Shown here piece by piece: positions 40,268-54,800 of a DNA stretch of 64,000 nucleotides. A program made the translations under genes and the position numbers. Position 1 is the stretch's first letter. The number at the start of each line of letters is the position of its first letter. The stretch is from the human T2T-CHM13v2.0 reference genome, Homo sapiens: the NCBI RefSeq assembly GCF_009914755.1, contig NC_060930.1, one strand, 5' to 3'. Under the pieces are notes generated by a model. The model was not told where the DNA came from, made no database searches, and saw only the letters and a list, made by a program, of their open reading frames with translations.

Positions 40268-43200
40268 TGCATTCCACACACACGGTGGACCATTTCTCTT
40301 GATAGAGCAGTTTTGAAACACTCTTTCTGTAGAATCTGCAAGTGGATAATTGGACCTCCGAGAGGCCTTCGTTGGAAACGGGATTTCTTCATCTAAACCT
40401 ACAGAGAAGTATTCTCAGTAACTTCTTCGGATGTGTGCATTCGACGCACAGAATGGAACATTCCCTTTGATAGAGCAGTTTTGAGACACCGTTTTTGTAG
40501 AATTCCCAAGTGGATATTTAGAGCACTTTGAAGTCTCTGCTAGAAAAGGAAACATCATCATGTAAAAAGTAGATAGAATCGTTCTCAGAAAGTGCTTAGT
40601 GTCGTGTGCGTTCAACTCACAGAGTTTAACGTTTCTTTTGATAGAGCGTTTCTGAAACACCCTTCTTGTAGTAGCTGCAAGTGGATATTTGGACCTATTG
40701 GAGGCCTTCTTTGGAAACGGGATTTCTTCATGTAACTCTAGATTGAAGAATTCTCAGAAACTCCTTTGTGATGTGTGCATTCAATTCAAAGAGTGAAACC
40801 TCTCTTTTCACAGAGCAGTTTTGAAACACTGTTTTTGTAGGATTTCCAAGGGGATATTTATAGCGCATTGAGCCTACGGCGGAAAAAGAAACATCTTCCT
40901 ATAAAAACTAGACAGAATACTTCTCAGAATCTGCTTTGCGATGTGTGCGTTCAACTCACAGAGTAAAACTTTTCTTTTGATAGAGCAGTTTTGAAACACT
41001 CTTTTTGTAGTATTTGCATGTGTATATTTAGAGCGCATTGAAGCCCACAGTAGAAAAGGAAATAACTTCACCTAAAACCTAGACAGAAGCAATCTCAGAA
41101 ACTACTTTGTGATGTGTACATTCAACTCACAGAGTGGAACTTTCCTCTTTATAGAGCAGTGTTGAAACACTCTTTTTGTAGAAACTGCAAGTGGATATTT
41201 GGACCTCTTTGAGGCCTTCGTTGGAAACGGGATTTCTTCCTATAACCCTAGACAGAAGAATTTTCAGAAACCTCATTGTGATGTGTGCGTTCATCTCACA
41301 GAGTGGAGTCTTCCGTTTGATAGAGAAGTTTTGAAACCCTGTTCTTGTAGGATTTCCAAGTGGATATTTAGACCACTTTGAAGCCTATGATAGAAAAGGA
41401 AACATCTTCATGGAAAACATAGATAGAATCATCCTCAGAAACAACTTTGTGATGTGTGCGTTGAACTCACCGTCTTTAACCTTTCTTTTGGTAGAGAAGT
41501 TTTGAAACACTCTCTTTGTAAAGTCTACAAGTGGATATTTTGAGCCCTTGGAGGCATTCTTTGGAAAAGGGAATGTCTTCACATAAAAGGCAGACGGAAG
41601 TGTTCTCAGAAACTGCTTTGTGATGTCTGTGTTCAACTCACAGAGTTTAACATTTCCTTTGATAGAGCGGTTTAGTAACCCTCTCTTTGTAGAATTTGGA
41701 AGTGTATACTAAGAGCGCTTTGAGGCCTATGGTAGAAAAGGAAATATCTTTCCATAAAAGCTAGACAGAAGCAATCTCAGAAACTCCTCTGTGATGTCTG
41801 CATTCAACTCACCGAGTGGAACATTCCTCTTGATAGAGCAGTTTGGAAACACTCTTTCTGTAGAATCAGCTTGTTTGTATTTGGACCTCCTTGAGGCCTT
41901 CGTTGGAAACGGGTTTTCATCTTATAAACCCAGACAGAAGAATTCTCAGAGTCTTCTTTGTGATGTGTGCTTTCAACTCACCGAGATAAAGATTTCTCTT
42001 GATAGAGCAATTTGGAAACACTCTTTTTGTAGAATTTGCAAGGGTACATTGAGAGCGCTTTCAGGCCTATGGTAGAAAAGGGAATATCTTTCCATAAAAG
42101 GTAGACAGAAGCAATCTCAGAAACTACTTTGTGATGTGTGCATTCAACTCACCGAGTGCAACGTTCCTCTTGACCGAGCAGTTTGGAAACATTGTTTCTG
42201 TAGAATCTGCAAGTGGATATTTGGACCTCTTTGAGGCCTTCGTTGGAAACGGGATTTCTTCCTATAAACCCAGACAGAAGAATTCTCAGAGACTTCTTTG
42301 TGATGTGTGAATTCAACTCACAGTGTGGATCCTTCCTTTTGATAGAGCAGTTTTGAAACCCTGTTTTTGTAGTATTTCCAAGCGGATATTCGGAACGCCT
42401 TGAAGCGTATGGTAGAAAAGGAAATATCTTCCCATAAAACCTAGACAGAACCAATCTCAGAAACGACTTTGTGATGTCTGCATTCAAGTCACAGAGTTGA
42501 ACATTTCTCTTGATAGAGCAGTTTTGAAACCCTCTTTCTGAAGGATCTGCAAGTGGATATTTGGAACTCCTTTGGGTCTTCGTTGGAAACGGGATTTCTT
42601 CGTATAAATCTAGACAGAAGAATTCTCCGAAACTTCTTTGGTTGTGTGCATTCAAGTCACAGAGTGGAACCTTCCTTTGGATAGAGCAGTTTGAAACGCC
42701 GTGGTTGTAGTATTTCCAAGCGGATATTAGAGCGCCTTGAGGCCTATGGTAGAAAAGGAAATATCTTCCCATAAAACCTAGACGGAAGCAATCTCAGAAA
42801 CTACTGTGTGATGGCTGCATTCCACACACACGGTGGAACATTTCTCTTGATAGAGCAGTTTTGAAACACTCTTTCTGTAGAATCTGCAAGTGGATAATTG
42901 GACCGCCTTGAGGCCTTCGTTGGAAACGGGATTTCTTCATGTTACTCTAGATAGAAGAATTCTCAAACACTGCTATGTGATGTTTGCATTCAAGTCACAG
43001 AGTGCAACATTCCTCTTGGTAGAGCAGTTGGGAAACACTCCTTTTGTAGAATCTGCAATGGGATATTTGGACTTCTTTGAGGCCTTCGTTGGAAACGGGA
43101 TTTCTTCGTATGAATCTAGACAGAAGAATTCTCAGAAACTTCCTTGTGATGTGTGCATTCAACTCAGCGAGTGGCACCTTCCTTTGGATACAGCAGTTTT

Positions 43201-43324
43201 GAAACACTGTTTTTGTAGTATTTCCAAGCGGATATTTAGAGCGCCTTGAAGCCTATGCTAGAAATGGAAATATCTCCCCATAAAACCAAGACAGAAGCAA
43301 TCTCAGAAACTAATGTGTGATGGC
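40268..43324 (+). repeat. HOR U15, 18-mer, haplotype B
   Basis: 3057-bp spacing; B alleles present. Confidence 0.95.
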
Positions 43325-45875
43325 TGCATTCCACACACACGGTGGACCATTTCTCTTGATAGAGCAGTTTTGAAACACTCTTTCTGTAGAATCTGCAAGT
43401 GGATAATTGGACCTCCTAGAGGCCTTCGTTGGAAACGGGATTTCTTCATCTAAACCTACAGAGAAGAATTCTCAGTAACTTCTTCGGATGTGTGCATTCG
43501 ACGCACAGAATGGAACATTCCCTTTGATAGAGCAGTTTTGAGACACCGTTTTTGTAGAATTCCCAAGTGGATATTTAGAGCACTTTGAAGTCTCTGCTAG
43601 AAAAGGAAACATCTTCATGTAAAAAGTAGATAGAATCGTTCTCAGAAAGTGCTTAGTGTCGTGTGCGTTCAACTCACAGAGTTTAACGTTTCTTTTGATA
43701 GAGCGTTTCTGAAACACCCTTCTTGTAGTAGCTGCAAGTGGATATTTGGACCTATTGGAGGCCTTCTTTGGAAATGGGATTTCTTCATGTAACTCTAGAT
43801 TGAAGAGTTCTCAGAAACTCCTTTGTGATGTGTGCATTCAATTCAAAGAGTGAAACCTCCCTTTTCACAGAGCAGTTTTGAAACACTGTTTTTGTAGGAT
43901 TTCCAAGGGGATATTTATAGCGCATTGAGCCTACGGCGGAAAAAGAAACATCTTCCTATAAAAACTAGACAGAATACTTCTCAGAATCTGCTTTGCGATG
44001 TGTGCGTTCAACTCACAGAGTAAAACTTTTCTTTTGATAGAGCAGTTTTGAAACACTCTTTTTGTAGTATTTGCATGTGTATATTTAGAGCGCATTGAAG
44101 CCCACAGTAGAAAAGGAAATAACTTCACCTAAAACCTAGACAGAAGCAATCTCAGAAACTACTTTGTGATGTGTACATTCAACTCACAGAGTGGAACTTT
44201 CCTCTTTATAGAGCAGTGTTGAAACACTCTTTTTGTAGAAACTGCAAGTGGATATTTGGACCTCTTTGAGGCCTTCGTTGGAAACGGGATTTCTTCCTAT
44301 AACCCTAGACAGAAGAATTTTCAGAAACCTCATTGTGATGTGTGCGTTCATCTCACAGAGTGGAGTCTTCCGTTTGATAGAGAAGTTTTGAAACCCTGTT
44401 CTTGTAGGATTTCCAAGTGGATATTTAGACCACTTTGAAGCCTATGATAGAAAAGGAAACATCTTCATGGAAAACATAGATAGAATCATCCTCAGAAACA
44501 ACTTTGTGATGTGTGCGTTGAACTCACCGTCTTTAACCTTTCTTTTGGTAGAGAAGTTTTGAAACACTCTCTTTGTAAAGTCTACAAGTGGATATTTTGA
44601 GCCCTTGGAGGCATTCTTTGGAAAAGGGAATGTCTTCACATAAAAGGCAGACGGAAGTGTTCTCAGAAACTGCTTTGTGATGTCTGTGTTCAACTCACAG
44701 AGTTTAACATTTCCTTTGATAGAGCGGTTTAGTAACCCTCTCTTTGTAGAATTTGGAAGTGTATACTAAGAGCGCTTTGAGGCCTATGGTAGAAAAGGAA
44801 ATATCTTTCCATAAAAGCTAGACAGAAGCAATCTCAGAAACTCCTTTGCGATGTCTGCATTCAACTCACCGAGTGGAACATTCCTCTTGAGAGAGCAGTT
44901 TGGAAACACTCTTTCTGTAGAATCAGCTTGTTTGTATTTGGACCTCCTTGAGGCCTTCGTTGGAAACGGGTTTTCATCTTATAAACCCAGACAGAAGAAT
45001 TCTCAGAGTCTTCTTTGTGATGTGTGCTTTCAACTCACCGAGATAAAGATTTCTCTTGATAGAGCAATTTGGAAACACTCTTTTTGTAGAATTTGCAAGG
45101 GTACATTGAGAGCGCTTTCAGGCCTATGGTAGAAAAGGGAATATCTTTCCATAAAAGGTAGACAGAAGCAATCTCAGAAACTACTTTGTGATGTGTGCAT
45201 TCAACTCACCGAGTGCAACGTTCCTCTTGACCGAGCAGTTTGGAAACATTGTTTCTGTAGAATCTGCAAGTGGATATTTGGACCTCTTTGAGGCCTTCGT
45301 TGGAAACGGGATTTCTTCCTATAAACCCAGACAGAAGAATTCTCAGAGACTTCTTTGTGATGTGTGAATTCAACTCACAGTGTGGATCCTTCCTTTTGAT
45401 AGAGCAGTTTTGAAACCCTGTTTTTGTAGTATTTCCAAGCGGATATTCGGAACGCCTTGAAGCGTATGGTAGAAAAGGAAATATCTTCCCATAAAACCTA
45501 GACAGAACCAATCTCAGAAACGACTTTGTGATGTCTGCATTCAAGTCACAGAGTTGAACATTTCTCTTGATAGAGCAGTTTTGAAACCCTCTTTCTGAAG
45601 GATCTGCAAGTGGATATTTGGAACTCCTTTGGGTCTTCGTTGGAAACGGGATTTCTTCGTATAAATCTAGACAGAAGAATTCTCAGAAACTTCCTTGTGA
45701 TGTGTGCATTCAACTCAGCGAGTGGCACCTTCCTTTGGATACAGCAGTTTTGAAACACTGTTTTTGTAGTATTTCCAAGCGGATATTTAGAGCGCCTTGA
45801 AGCCTATGCTAGAAATGGAAATATCTCCCCATAAAACCAAGACGGAAGCAATCTCAGAAACTAATGTGTGATGGC
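43325..45875 (+). repeat. HOR U16, 15-mer deletion variant
   Basis: 2551-bp spacing; junction at 45664-45684. Confidence 0.95.
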
Positions 45876-48800
45876 TGCATTCCACACACACGGTGGACCA
45901 TTTCTCTTGATAGAGCAGTTTTGAAACACTCTTTCTGTAGAATCTGCAAGTGGATAATTGGACCTCCGAGAGGCCTTCGTTGGAAACGGGATTTCTTCAT
46001 CTAAACCTACAGAGAAGTATTCTCAGTAACTTCTTCGGATGTGTGCATTCGACGCACAGAATGGAACATTCCCTTTGATAGAGCAGTTTTGAGACACCGT
46101 TTTTGTAGAATTCCCAAGTGGATATTTAGAGCACTTTGAAGTCTCTGCTAGAAAAGGAAACATCATCATGTAAAAAGTAGATAGAATCGTTCTCAGAAAG
46201 TGCTTAGTGTCGTGTGCGTTCAACTCACAGAGTTTAACGTTTCTTTTGATAGAGCGTTTCTGAAACACCCTTCTTGTAGTAGCTGCAAGTGGATATTTGG
46301 ACCTATTGGAGGCCTTCTTTGGAAACGGGATTTCTTCATGTAACTCTAGATTGAAGAATTCTCAGAAACTCCTTTGTGATGTGTGCATTCAATTCAAAGA
46401 GTGAAACCTCTCTTTTCACAGAGCAGTTTTGAAACACTGTTTTTGTAGGATTTCCAAGGGGATATTTATAGCGCATTGAGCCTACGGCGGAAAAAGAAAC
46501 ATCTTCCTATAAAAACTAGACAGAATACTTCTCAGAATCTGCTTTGCGATGTGTGCGTTCAACTCACAGAGTAAAACTTTTCTTTTGATAGAGCAGTTTT
46601 GAAACACTCTTTTTGTAGTATTTGCATGTGTATATTTAGAGCGCATTGAAGCCCACAGTAGAAAAGGAAATAACTTCACCTAAAACCTAGACAGAAGCAA
46701 TCTCAGAAACTACTTTGTGATGTGTACATTCAACTCACAGAGTGGAACTTTCCTCTTTATAGAGCAGTGTTGAAACACTCTTTTTGTAGAAACTGCAAGT
46801 GGATATTTGGACCTCTTTGAGGCCTTCGTTGGAAACGGGATTTCTTCCTATAACCCTAGACAGAAGAATTTTCAGAAACCTCATTGTGATGTGTGCGTTC
46901 ATCTCACAGAGTGGAGTCTTCCGTTTGATAGAGAAGTTTTGAAACCCTGTTCTTGTAGGATTTCCAAGTGGATATTTAGACCACTTTGAAGCCTATGATA
47001 GAAAAGGAAACATCTTCATGGAAAACATAGATAGAATCATCCTCAGAAACAACTTTGTGATGTGTGCGTTGAACTCACCGTCTTTAACCTTTCTTTTGGT
47101 AGAGAAGTTTTGAAACACTCTCTTTGTAAAGTCTACAAGTGGATATTTTGAGCCCTTGGAGGCATTCTTTGGAAAAGGGAATGTCTTCACATAAAAGGCA
47201 GACGGAAGTGTTCTCAGAAACTGCTTTGTGATGTCTGTGTTCAACTCACAGAGTTTAACATTTCCTTTGATAGAGCGGTTTAGTAACCCTCTCTTTGTAG
47301 AATTTGGAAGTGTATACTAAGAGCGCTTTGAGGCCTATGGTAGAAAAGGAAATATCTTTCCATAAAAGCTAGACAGAAGCAATCTCAGAAACTCCTCTGT
47401 GATGTCTGCATTCAACTCACCGAGTGGAACATTCCTCTTGATAGAGCAGTTTGGAAACACTCTTTCTGTAGAATCAGCTTGTTTGTATTTGGACCTCCTT
47501 GAGGCCTTCGTTGGAAACGGGTTTTCATCTTATAAACCCAGACAGAAGAATTCTCAGAGTCTTCTTTGTGATGTGTGCTTTCAACTCACCGAGATAAAGA
47601 TTTCTCTTGATAGAGCAATTTGGAAACACTCTTTTTGTAGAATTTGCAAGGGTACATTGAGAGCGCTTTCAGGCCTATGGTAGAAAAGGGAATATCTTTC
47701 CATAAAAGGTAGACAGAAGCAATCTCAGAAACTACTTTGTGATGTGTGCATTCAACTCACCGAGTGCAACGTTCCTCTTGACCGAGCAGTTTGGAAACAT
47801 TGTTTCTGTAGAATCTGCAAGTGGATATTTGGACCTCTTTGAGGCCTTCGTTGGAAACGGGATTTCTTCCTATAAACCCAGACAGAAGAATTCTCAGAGA
47901 CTTCTTTGTGATGTGTGAATTCAACTCACAGTGTGGATCCTTCCTTTTGATAGAGCAGTTTTGAAACCCTGTTTTTGTAGTATTTCCAAGCGGATATTCG
48001 GAACGCCTTGAAGCGTATGGTAGAAAAGGAAATATCTTCCCATAAAACCTAGACAGAACCAATCTCAGAAACGACTTTGTGATGTCTGCATTCAAGTCAC
48101 AGAGTTGAACATTTCTCTTGATAGAGCAGTTTTGAAACCCTCTTTCTGAAGGATCTGCAAGTGGATATTTGGAACTCCTTTGGGTCTTCGTTGGAAACGG
48201 GATTTCTTCGTATAAATCTAGACAGAAGAATTCTCCGAAACTTCTTTGGTTGTGTGCATTCAAGTCACAGAGTGGAACCTTCCTTTGGATAGAGCAGTTT
48301 GAAACGCCGTGGTTGTAGTATTTCCAAGCGGATATTAGAGCGCCTTGAGGCCTATGGTAGAAAAGGAAATATCTTCCCATAAAACCTAGACGGAAGCAAT
48401 CTCAGAAACTACTGTGTGATGGCTGCATTCCACACACACGGTGGAACATTTCTCTTGATAGAGCAGTTTTGAAACACTCTTTCTGTAGAATCTGCAAGTG
48501 GATAATTGGACCGCCTTGAGGCCTTCGTTGGAAACGGGATTTCTTCATGTTACTCTAGATAGAAGAATTCTCAAACACTGCTATGTGATGTTTGCATTCA
48601 AGTCACAGAGTGCAACATTCCTCTTGGTAGAGCAGTTGGGAAACACTCCTTTTGTAGAATCTGCAATGGGATATTTGGACTTCTTTGAGGCCTTCGTTGG
48701 AAACGGGATTTCTTCGTATGAATCTAGACAGAAGAATTCTCAGAAACTTCCTTGTGATGTGTGCATTCAACTCAGCGAGTGGCACCTTCCTTTGGATACA

Positions 48801-51800
48801 GCAGTTTTGAAACACTGTTTTTGTAGTATTTCCAAGCGGATATTTAGAGCGCCTTGAAGCCTATGCTAGAAATGGAAATATCTCCCCATAAAACCAAGAC
48901 GGAAGCAATCTCAGAAACTAATGTGTGATGGCTGCATTCCACACACACGGTGGACCATTTCTCTTGATAGAGCAGTTTTGAAACACTCTTTCTGTAGAAT
49001 CTGCAAGTGGATAATTGGACCTCCGAGAGGCCTTCGTTGGAAACGGGATTTCTTCATCTAAACCTACAGAGAAGTATTCTCAGTAACTTCTTCGGATGTG
49101 TGCATTCGACGCACAGAATGGAACATTCCCTTTGATAGAGCAGTTTTGAGACACCGTTTTTGTAGAATTCCCAAGTGGATATTTAGAGCACTTTGAAGTC
49201 TCTGCTAGAAAAGGAAACATCATCATGTAAAAAGTAGATAGAATCGTTCTCAGAAAGTGCTTAGTGTCGTGTGCGTTCAACTCACAGAGTTTAACGTTTC
49301 TTTTGATAGAGCGTTTCTGAAACACCCTTCTTGTAGTAGCTGCAAGTGGATATTTGGACCTATTGGAGGCCTTCTTTGGAAACGGGATTTCTTCATGTAA
49401 CTCTAGATTGAAGAATTCTCAGAAACTCCTTTGTGATGTGTGCATTCAATTCAAAGAGTGAAACCTCTCTTTTCACAGAGCAGTTTTGAAACACTGTTTT
49501 TGTAGGATTTCCAAGGGGATATTTATAGCGCATTGAGCCTACGGCGGAAAAAGAAACATCTTCCTATAAAAACTAGACAGAATACTTCTCAGAATCTGCT
49601 TTGCGATGTGTGCGTTCAACTCACAGAGTAAAACTTTTCTTTTGATAGAGCAGTTTTGAAACACTCTTTTTGTAGTATTTGCATGTGTATATTTAGAGCG
49701 CATTGAAGCCCACAGTAGAAAAGGAAATAACTTCACCTAAAACCTAGACAGAAGCAATCTCAGAAACTACTTTGTGATGTGTACATTCAACTCACAGAGT
49801 GGAACTTTCCTCTTTATAGAGCAGTGTTGAAACACTCTTTTTGTAGAAACTGCAAGTGGATATTTGGACCTCTTTGAGGCCTTCGTTGGAAACGGGATTT
49901 CTTCCTATAACCCTAGACAGAAGAATTTTCAGAAACCTCATTGTGATGTGTGCGTTCATCTCACAGAGTGGAGTCTTCCGTTTGATAGAGAAGTTTTGAA
50001 ACCCTGTTCTTGTAGGATTTCCAAGTGGATATTTAGACCACTTTGAAGCCTATGATAGAAAAGGAAACATCTTCATGGAAAACATAGATAGAATCATCCT
50101 CAGAAACAACTTTGTGATGTGTGCGTTGAACTCACCGTCTTTAACCTTTCTTTTGGTAGAGAAGTTTTGAAACACTCTCTTTGTAAAGTCTACAAGTGGA
50201 TATTTTGAGCCCTTGGAGGCATTCTTTGGAAAAGGGAATGTCTTCACATAAAAGGCAGACGGAAGTGTTCTCAGAAACTGCTTTGTGATGTCTGTGTTCA
50301 ACTCACAGAGTTTAACATTTCCTTTGATAGAGCGGTTTAGTAACCCTCTCTTTGTAGAATTTGGAAGTGTATACTAAGAGCGCTTTGAGGCCTATGGTAG
50401 AAAAGGAAATATCTTTCCATAAAAGCTAGACAGAAGCAATCTCAGAAACTCCTCTGTGATGTCTGCATTCAACTCACCGAGTGGAACATTCCTCTTGATA
50501 GAGCAGTTTGGAAACACTCTTTCTGTAGAATCAGCTTGTTTGTATTTGGACCTCCTTGAGGCCTTCGTTGGAAACGGGTTTTCATCTTATAAACCCAGAC
50601 AGAAGAATTCTCAGAGTCTTCTTTGTGATGTGTGCTTTCAACTCACCGAGATAAAGATTTCTCTTGATAGAGCAATTTGGAAACACTCTTTTTGTAGAAT
50701 TTGCAAGGGTACATTGAGAGCGCTTTCAGGCCTATGGTAGAAAAGGGAATATCTTTCCATAAAAGGTAGACAGAAGCAATCTCAGAAACTACTTTGTGAT
50801 GTGTGCATTCAACTCACCGAGTGCAACGTTCCTCTTGACCGAGCAGTTTGGAAACATTGTTTCTGTAGAATCTGCAAGTGGATATTTGGACCTCTTTGAG
50901 GCCTTCGTTGGAAACGGGATTTCTTCCTATAAACCCAGACAGAAGAATTCTCAGAGACTTCTTTGTGATGTGTGAATTCAACTCACAGTGTGGATCCTTC
51001 CTTTTGATAGAGCAGTTTTGAAACCCTGTTTTTGTAGTATTTCCAAGCGGATATTCGGAACGCCTTGAAGCGTATGGTAGAAAAGGAAATATCTTCCCAT
51101 AAAACCTAGACAGAACCAATCTCAGAAACGACTTTGTGATGTCTGCATTCAAGTCACAGAGTTGAACATTTCTCTTGATAGAGCAGTTTTGAAACCCTCT
51201 TTCTGAAGGATCTGCAAGTGGATATTTGGAACTCCTTTGGGTCTTCGTTGGAAACGGGATTTCTTCGTATAAATCTAGACAGAAGAATTCTCCGAAACTT
51301 CTTTGGTTGTGTGCATTCAAGTCACAGAGTGGAACCTTCCTTTGGATAGAGCAGTTTGAAACGCCGTGGTTGTAGTATTTCCAAGCGGATATTAGAGCGC
51401 CTTGAGGCCTATGGTAGAAAAGGAAATATCTTCCCATAAAACCTAGACGGAAGCAATCTCAGAAACTACTGTGTGATGGCTGCATTCCACACACACGGTG
51501 GAACATTTCTCTTGATAGAGCAGTTTTGAAACACTCTTTCTGTAGAATCTGCAAGTGGATAATTGGACCGCCTTGAGGCCTTCGTTGGAAACGGGATTTC
51601 TTCATGTTACTCTAGATAGAAGAATTCTCAAACACTGCTATGTGATGTTTGCATTCAAGTCACAGAGTGCAACATTCCTCTTGGTAGAGCAGTTGGGAAA
51701 CACTCCTTTTGTAGAATCTGCAATGGGATATTTGGACTTCTTTGAGGCCTTCGTTGGAAACGGGATTTCTTCGTATGAATCTAGACAGAAGAATTCTCAG

Positions 51801-54800
51801 AAACTTCCTTGTGATGTGTGCATTCAACTCAGCGAGTGGCACCTTCCTTTGGATACAGCAGTTTTGAAACACTGTTTTTGTAGTATTTCCAAGCGGATAT
51901 TTAGAGCGCCTTGAAGCCTATGCTAGAAATGGAAATATCTCCCCATAAAACCAAGACAGAAGCAATCTCAGAAACTAATGTGTGATGGCTGCATTCCACA
52001 CACACGGTGGACCATTTCTCTTGATAGAGCAGTTTTGAAACACTCTTTCTGTAGAATCTGCAAGTGGATAATTGGACCTCCTAGAGGCCTTCGTTGGAAA
52101 CGGGATTTCTTCATCTAAACCTACAGAGAAGAATTCTCAGTAACTTCTTCGGATGTGTGCATTCGACGCACAGAATGGAACATTCCCTTTGATAGAGCAG
52201 TTTTGAGACACCGTTTTTGTAGAATTCCCAAGTGGATATTTAGAGCACTTTGAAGTCTCTGCTAGAAAAGGAAACATCTTCATGTAAAAAGTAGATAGAA
52301 TCGTTCTCAGAAAGTGCTTAGTGTCGTGTGCGTTCAACTCACAGAGTTTAACGTTTCTTTTGATAGAGCGTTTCTGAAACACCCTTCTTGTAGTAGCTGC
52401 AAGTGGATATTTGGACCTATTGGAGGCCTTCTTTGGAAATGGGATTTCTTCATGTAACTCTAGATTGAAGAGTTCTCAGAAACTCCTTTGTGATGTGTGC
52501 ATTCAATTCAAAGAGTGAAACCTCCCTTTTCACAGAGCAGTTTTGAAACACTGTTTTTGTAGGATTTCCAAGGGGATATTTATAGCGCATTGAGCCTACG
52601 GCGGAAAAAGAAACATCTTCCTATAAAAACTAGACAGAATACTTCTCAGAATCTGCTTTGCGATGTGTGCGTTCAACTCACAGAGTAAAACTTTTCTTTT
52701 GATAGAGCAGTTTTGAAACACTCTTTTTGTAGTATTTGCATGTGTATATTTAGAGCGCATTGAAGCCCACAGTAGAAAAGGAAATAACTTCACCTAAAAC
52801 CTAGACAGAAGCAATCTCAGAAACTACTTTGTGATGTGTACATTCAACTCACAGAGTGGAACTTTCCTCTTTATAGAGCAGTGTTGAAACACTCTTTTTG
52901 TAGAAACTGCAAGTGGATATTTGGACCTCTTTGAGGCCTTCGTTGGAAACGGGATTTCTTCCTATAACCCTAGACAGAAGAATTTTCAGAAACCTCATTG
53001 TGATGTGTGCGTTCATCTCACAGAGTGGAGTCTTCCGTTTGATAGAGAAGTTTTGAAACCCTGTTCTTGTAGGATTTCCAAGTGGATATTTAGACCACTT
53101 TGAAGCCTATGATAGAAAAGGAAACATCTTCATGGAAAACATAGATAGAATCATCCTCAGAAACAACTTTGTGATGTGTGCGTTGAACTCACCGTCTTTA
53201 ACCTTTCTTTTGGTAGAGAAGTTTTGAAACACTCTCTTTGTAAAGTCTACAAGTGGATATTTTGAGCCCTTGGAGGCATTCTTTGGAAAAGGGAATGTCT
53301 TCACATAAAAGGCAGACGGAAGTGTTCTCAGAAACTGCTTTGTGATGTCTGTGTTCAACTCACAGAGTTTAACATTTCCTTTGATAGAGCGGTTTAGTAA
53401 CCCTCTCTTTGTAGAATTTGGAAGTGTATACTAAGAGCGCTTTGAGGCCTATGGTAGAAAAGGAAATATCTTTCCATAAAAGCTAGACAGAAGCAATCTC
53501 AGAAACTCCTCTGCGATGTCTGCATTCAACTCACCGAGTGGAACATTCCTCTTGAGAGAGCAGTTTGGAAACACTCTTTCTGTAGAATCAGCTTGTTTGT
53601 ATTTGGACCTCCTTGAGGCCTTCGTTGGAAACGGGTTTTCATCTTATAAACCCAGACAGAAGAATTCTCAGAGTCTTCTTTGTGATGTGTGCTTTCAACT
53701 CACCGAGATAAAGATTTCTCTTGATAGAGCAATTTGGAAACACTCTTTTTGTAGAATTTGCAAGGGTACATTGAGAGCGCTTTCAGGCCTATGGTAGAAA
53801 AGGGAATATCTTTCCATAAAAGGTAGACAGAAGCAATCTCAGAAACTACTTTGTGATGTGTGCATTCAACTCACCGAGTGCAACGTTCCTCTTGACCGAG
53901 CAGTTTGGAAACATTGTTTCTGTAGAATCTGCAAGTGGATATTTGGACCTCTTTGAGGCCTTCGTTGGAAACGGGATTTCTTCCTATAAACCCAGACAGA
54001 AGAATTCTCAGAGACTTCTTTGTGATGTGTGAATTCAACTCACAGTGTGGATCCTTCCTTTTGATAGAGCAGTTTTGAAACCCTGTTTTTGTAGTATTTC
54101 CAAGCGGATATTCGGAACGCCTTGAAGCGTATGGTAGAAAAGGAAATATCTTCCCATAAAACCTAGACAGAACCAATCTCAGAAACGACTTTGTGATGTC
54201 TGCATTCAAGTCACAGAGTTGAACATTTCTCTTGATAGAGCAGTTTTGAAACCCTCTTTCTGAAGGATCTGCAAGTGGATATTTGGAACTCCTTTGGGTC
54301 TTCGTTGGAAACGGGATTTCTTCGTATAAATCTAGACAGAAGAATTCTCCGAAACTTCTTTGGTTGTGTGCATTCAAGTCACAGAGTGGAACCTTCCTTT
54401 GGATAGAGCAGTTTGAAACGCCGTGGTTGTAGTATTTCCAAGCGGATATTAGAGCGCCTTGAGGCCTATGGTAGAAAAGGAAATATCTTCCCATAAAACC
54501 TAGACGGAAGCAATCTCAGAAACTACTGTGTGATGGCTGCATTCCACACACACGGTGGAACATTTCTCTTGATAGAGCAGTTTTGAAACACTCTTTCTGT
54601 AGAATCTGCAAGTGGATAATTGGACCGCCTTGAGGCCTTCGTTGGAAACGGGATTTCTTCATGTTACTCTAGATAGAAGAATTCTCAAACACTGCTATGT
54701 GATGTTTGCATTCAAGTCACAGAGTGCAACATTCCTCTTGGTAGAGCAGTTGGGAAACACTCCTTTTGTAGAATCTGCAATGGGATATTTGGACTTCTTT

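Larger units (their letters stand above)
24966..54112 (+). repeat. Tandem duplication with a 14,273-bp (84-monomer) period
   Basis: HOR lengths and all marker SNPs I checked match at +14,273 for positions 24966-39839. Flanking mismatches are 24965 T vs 39238 C and 39840 T vs 54113 C. Confidence 0.85.
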
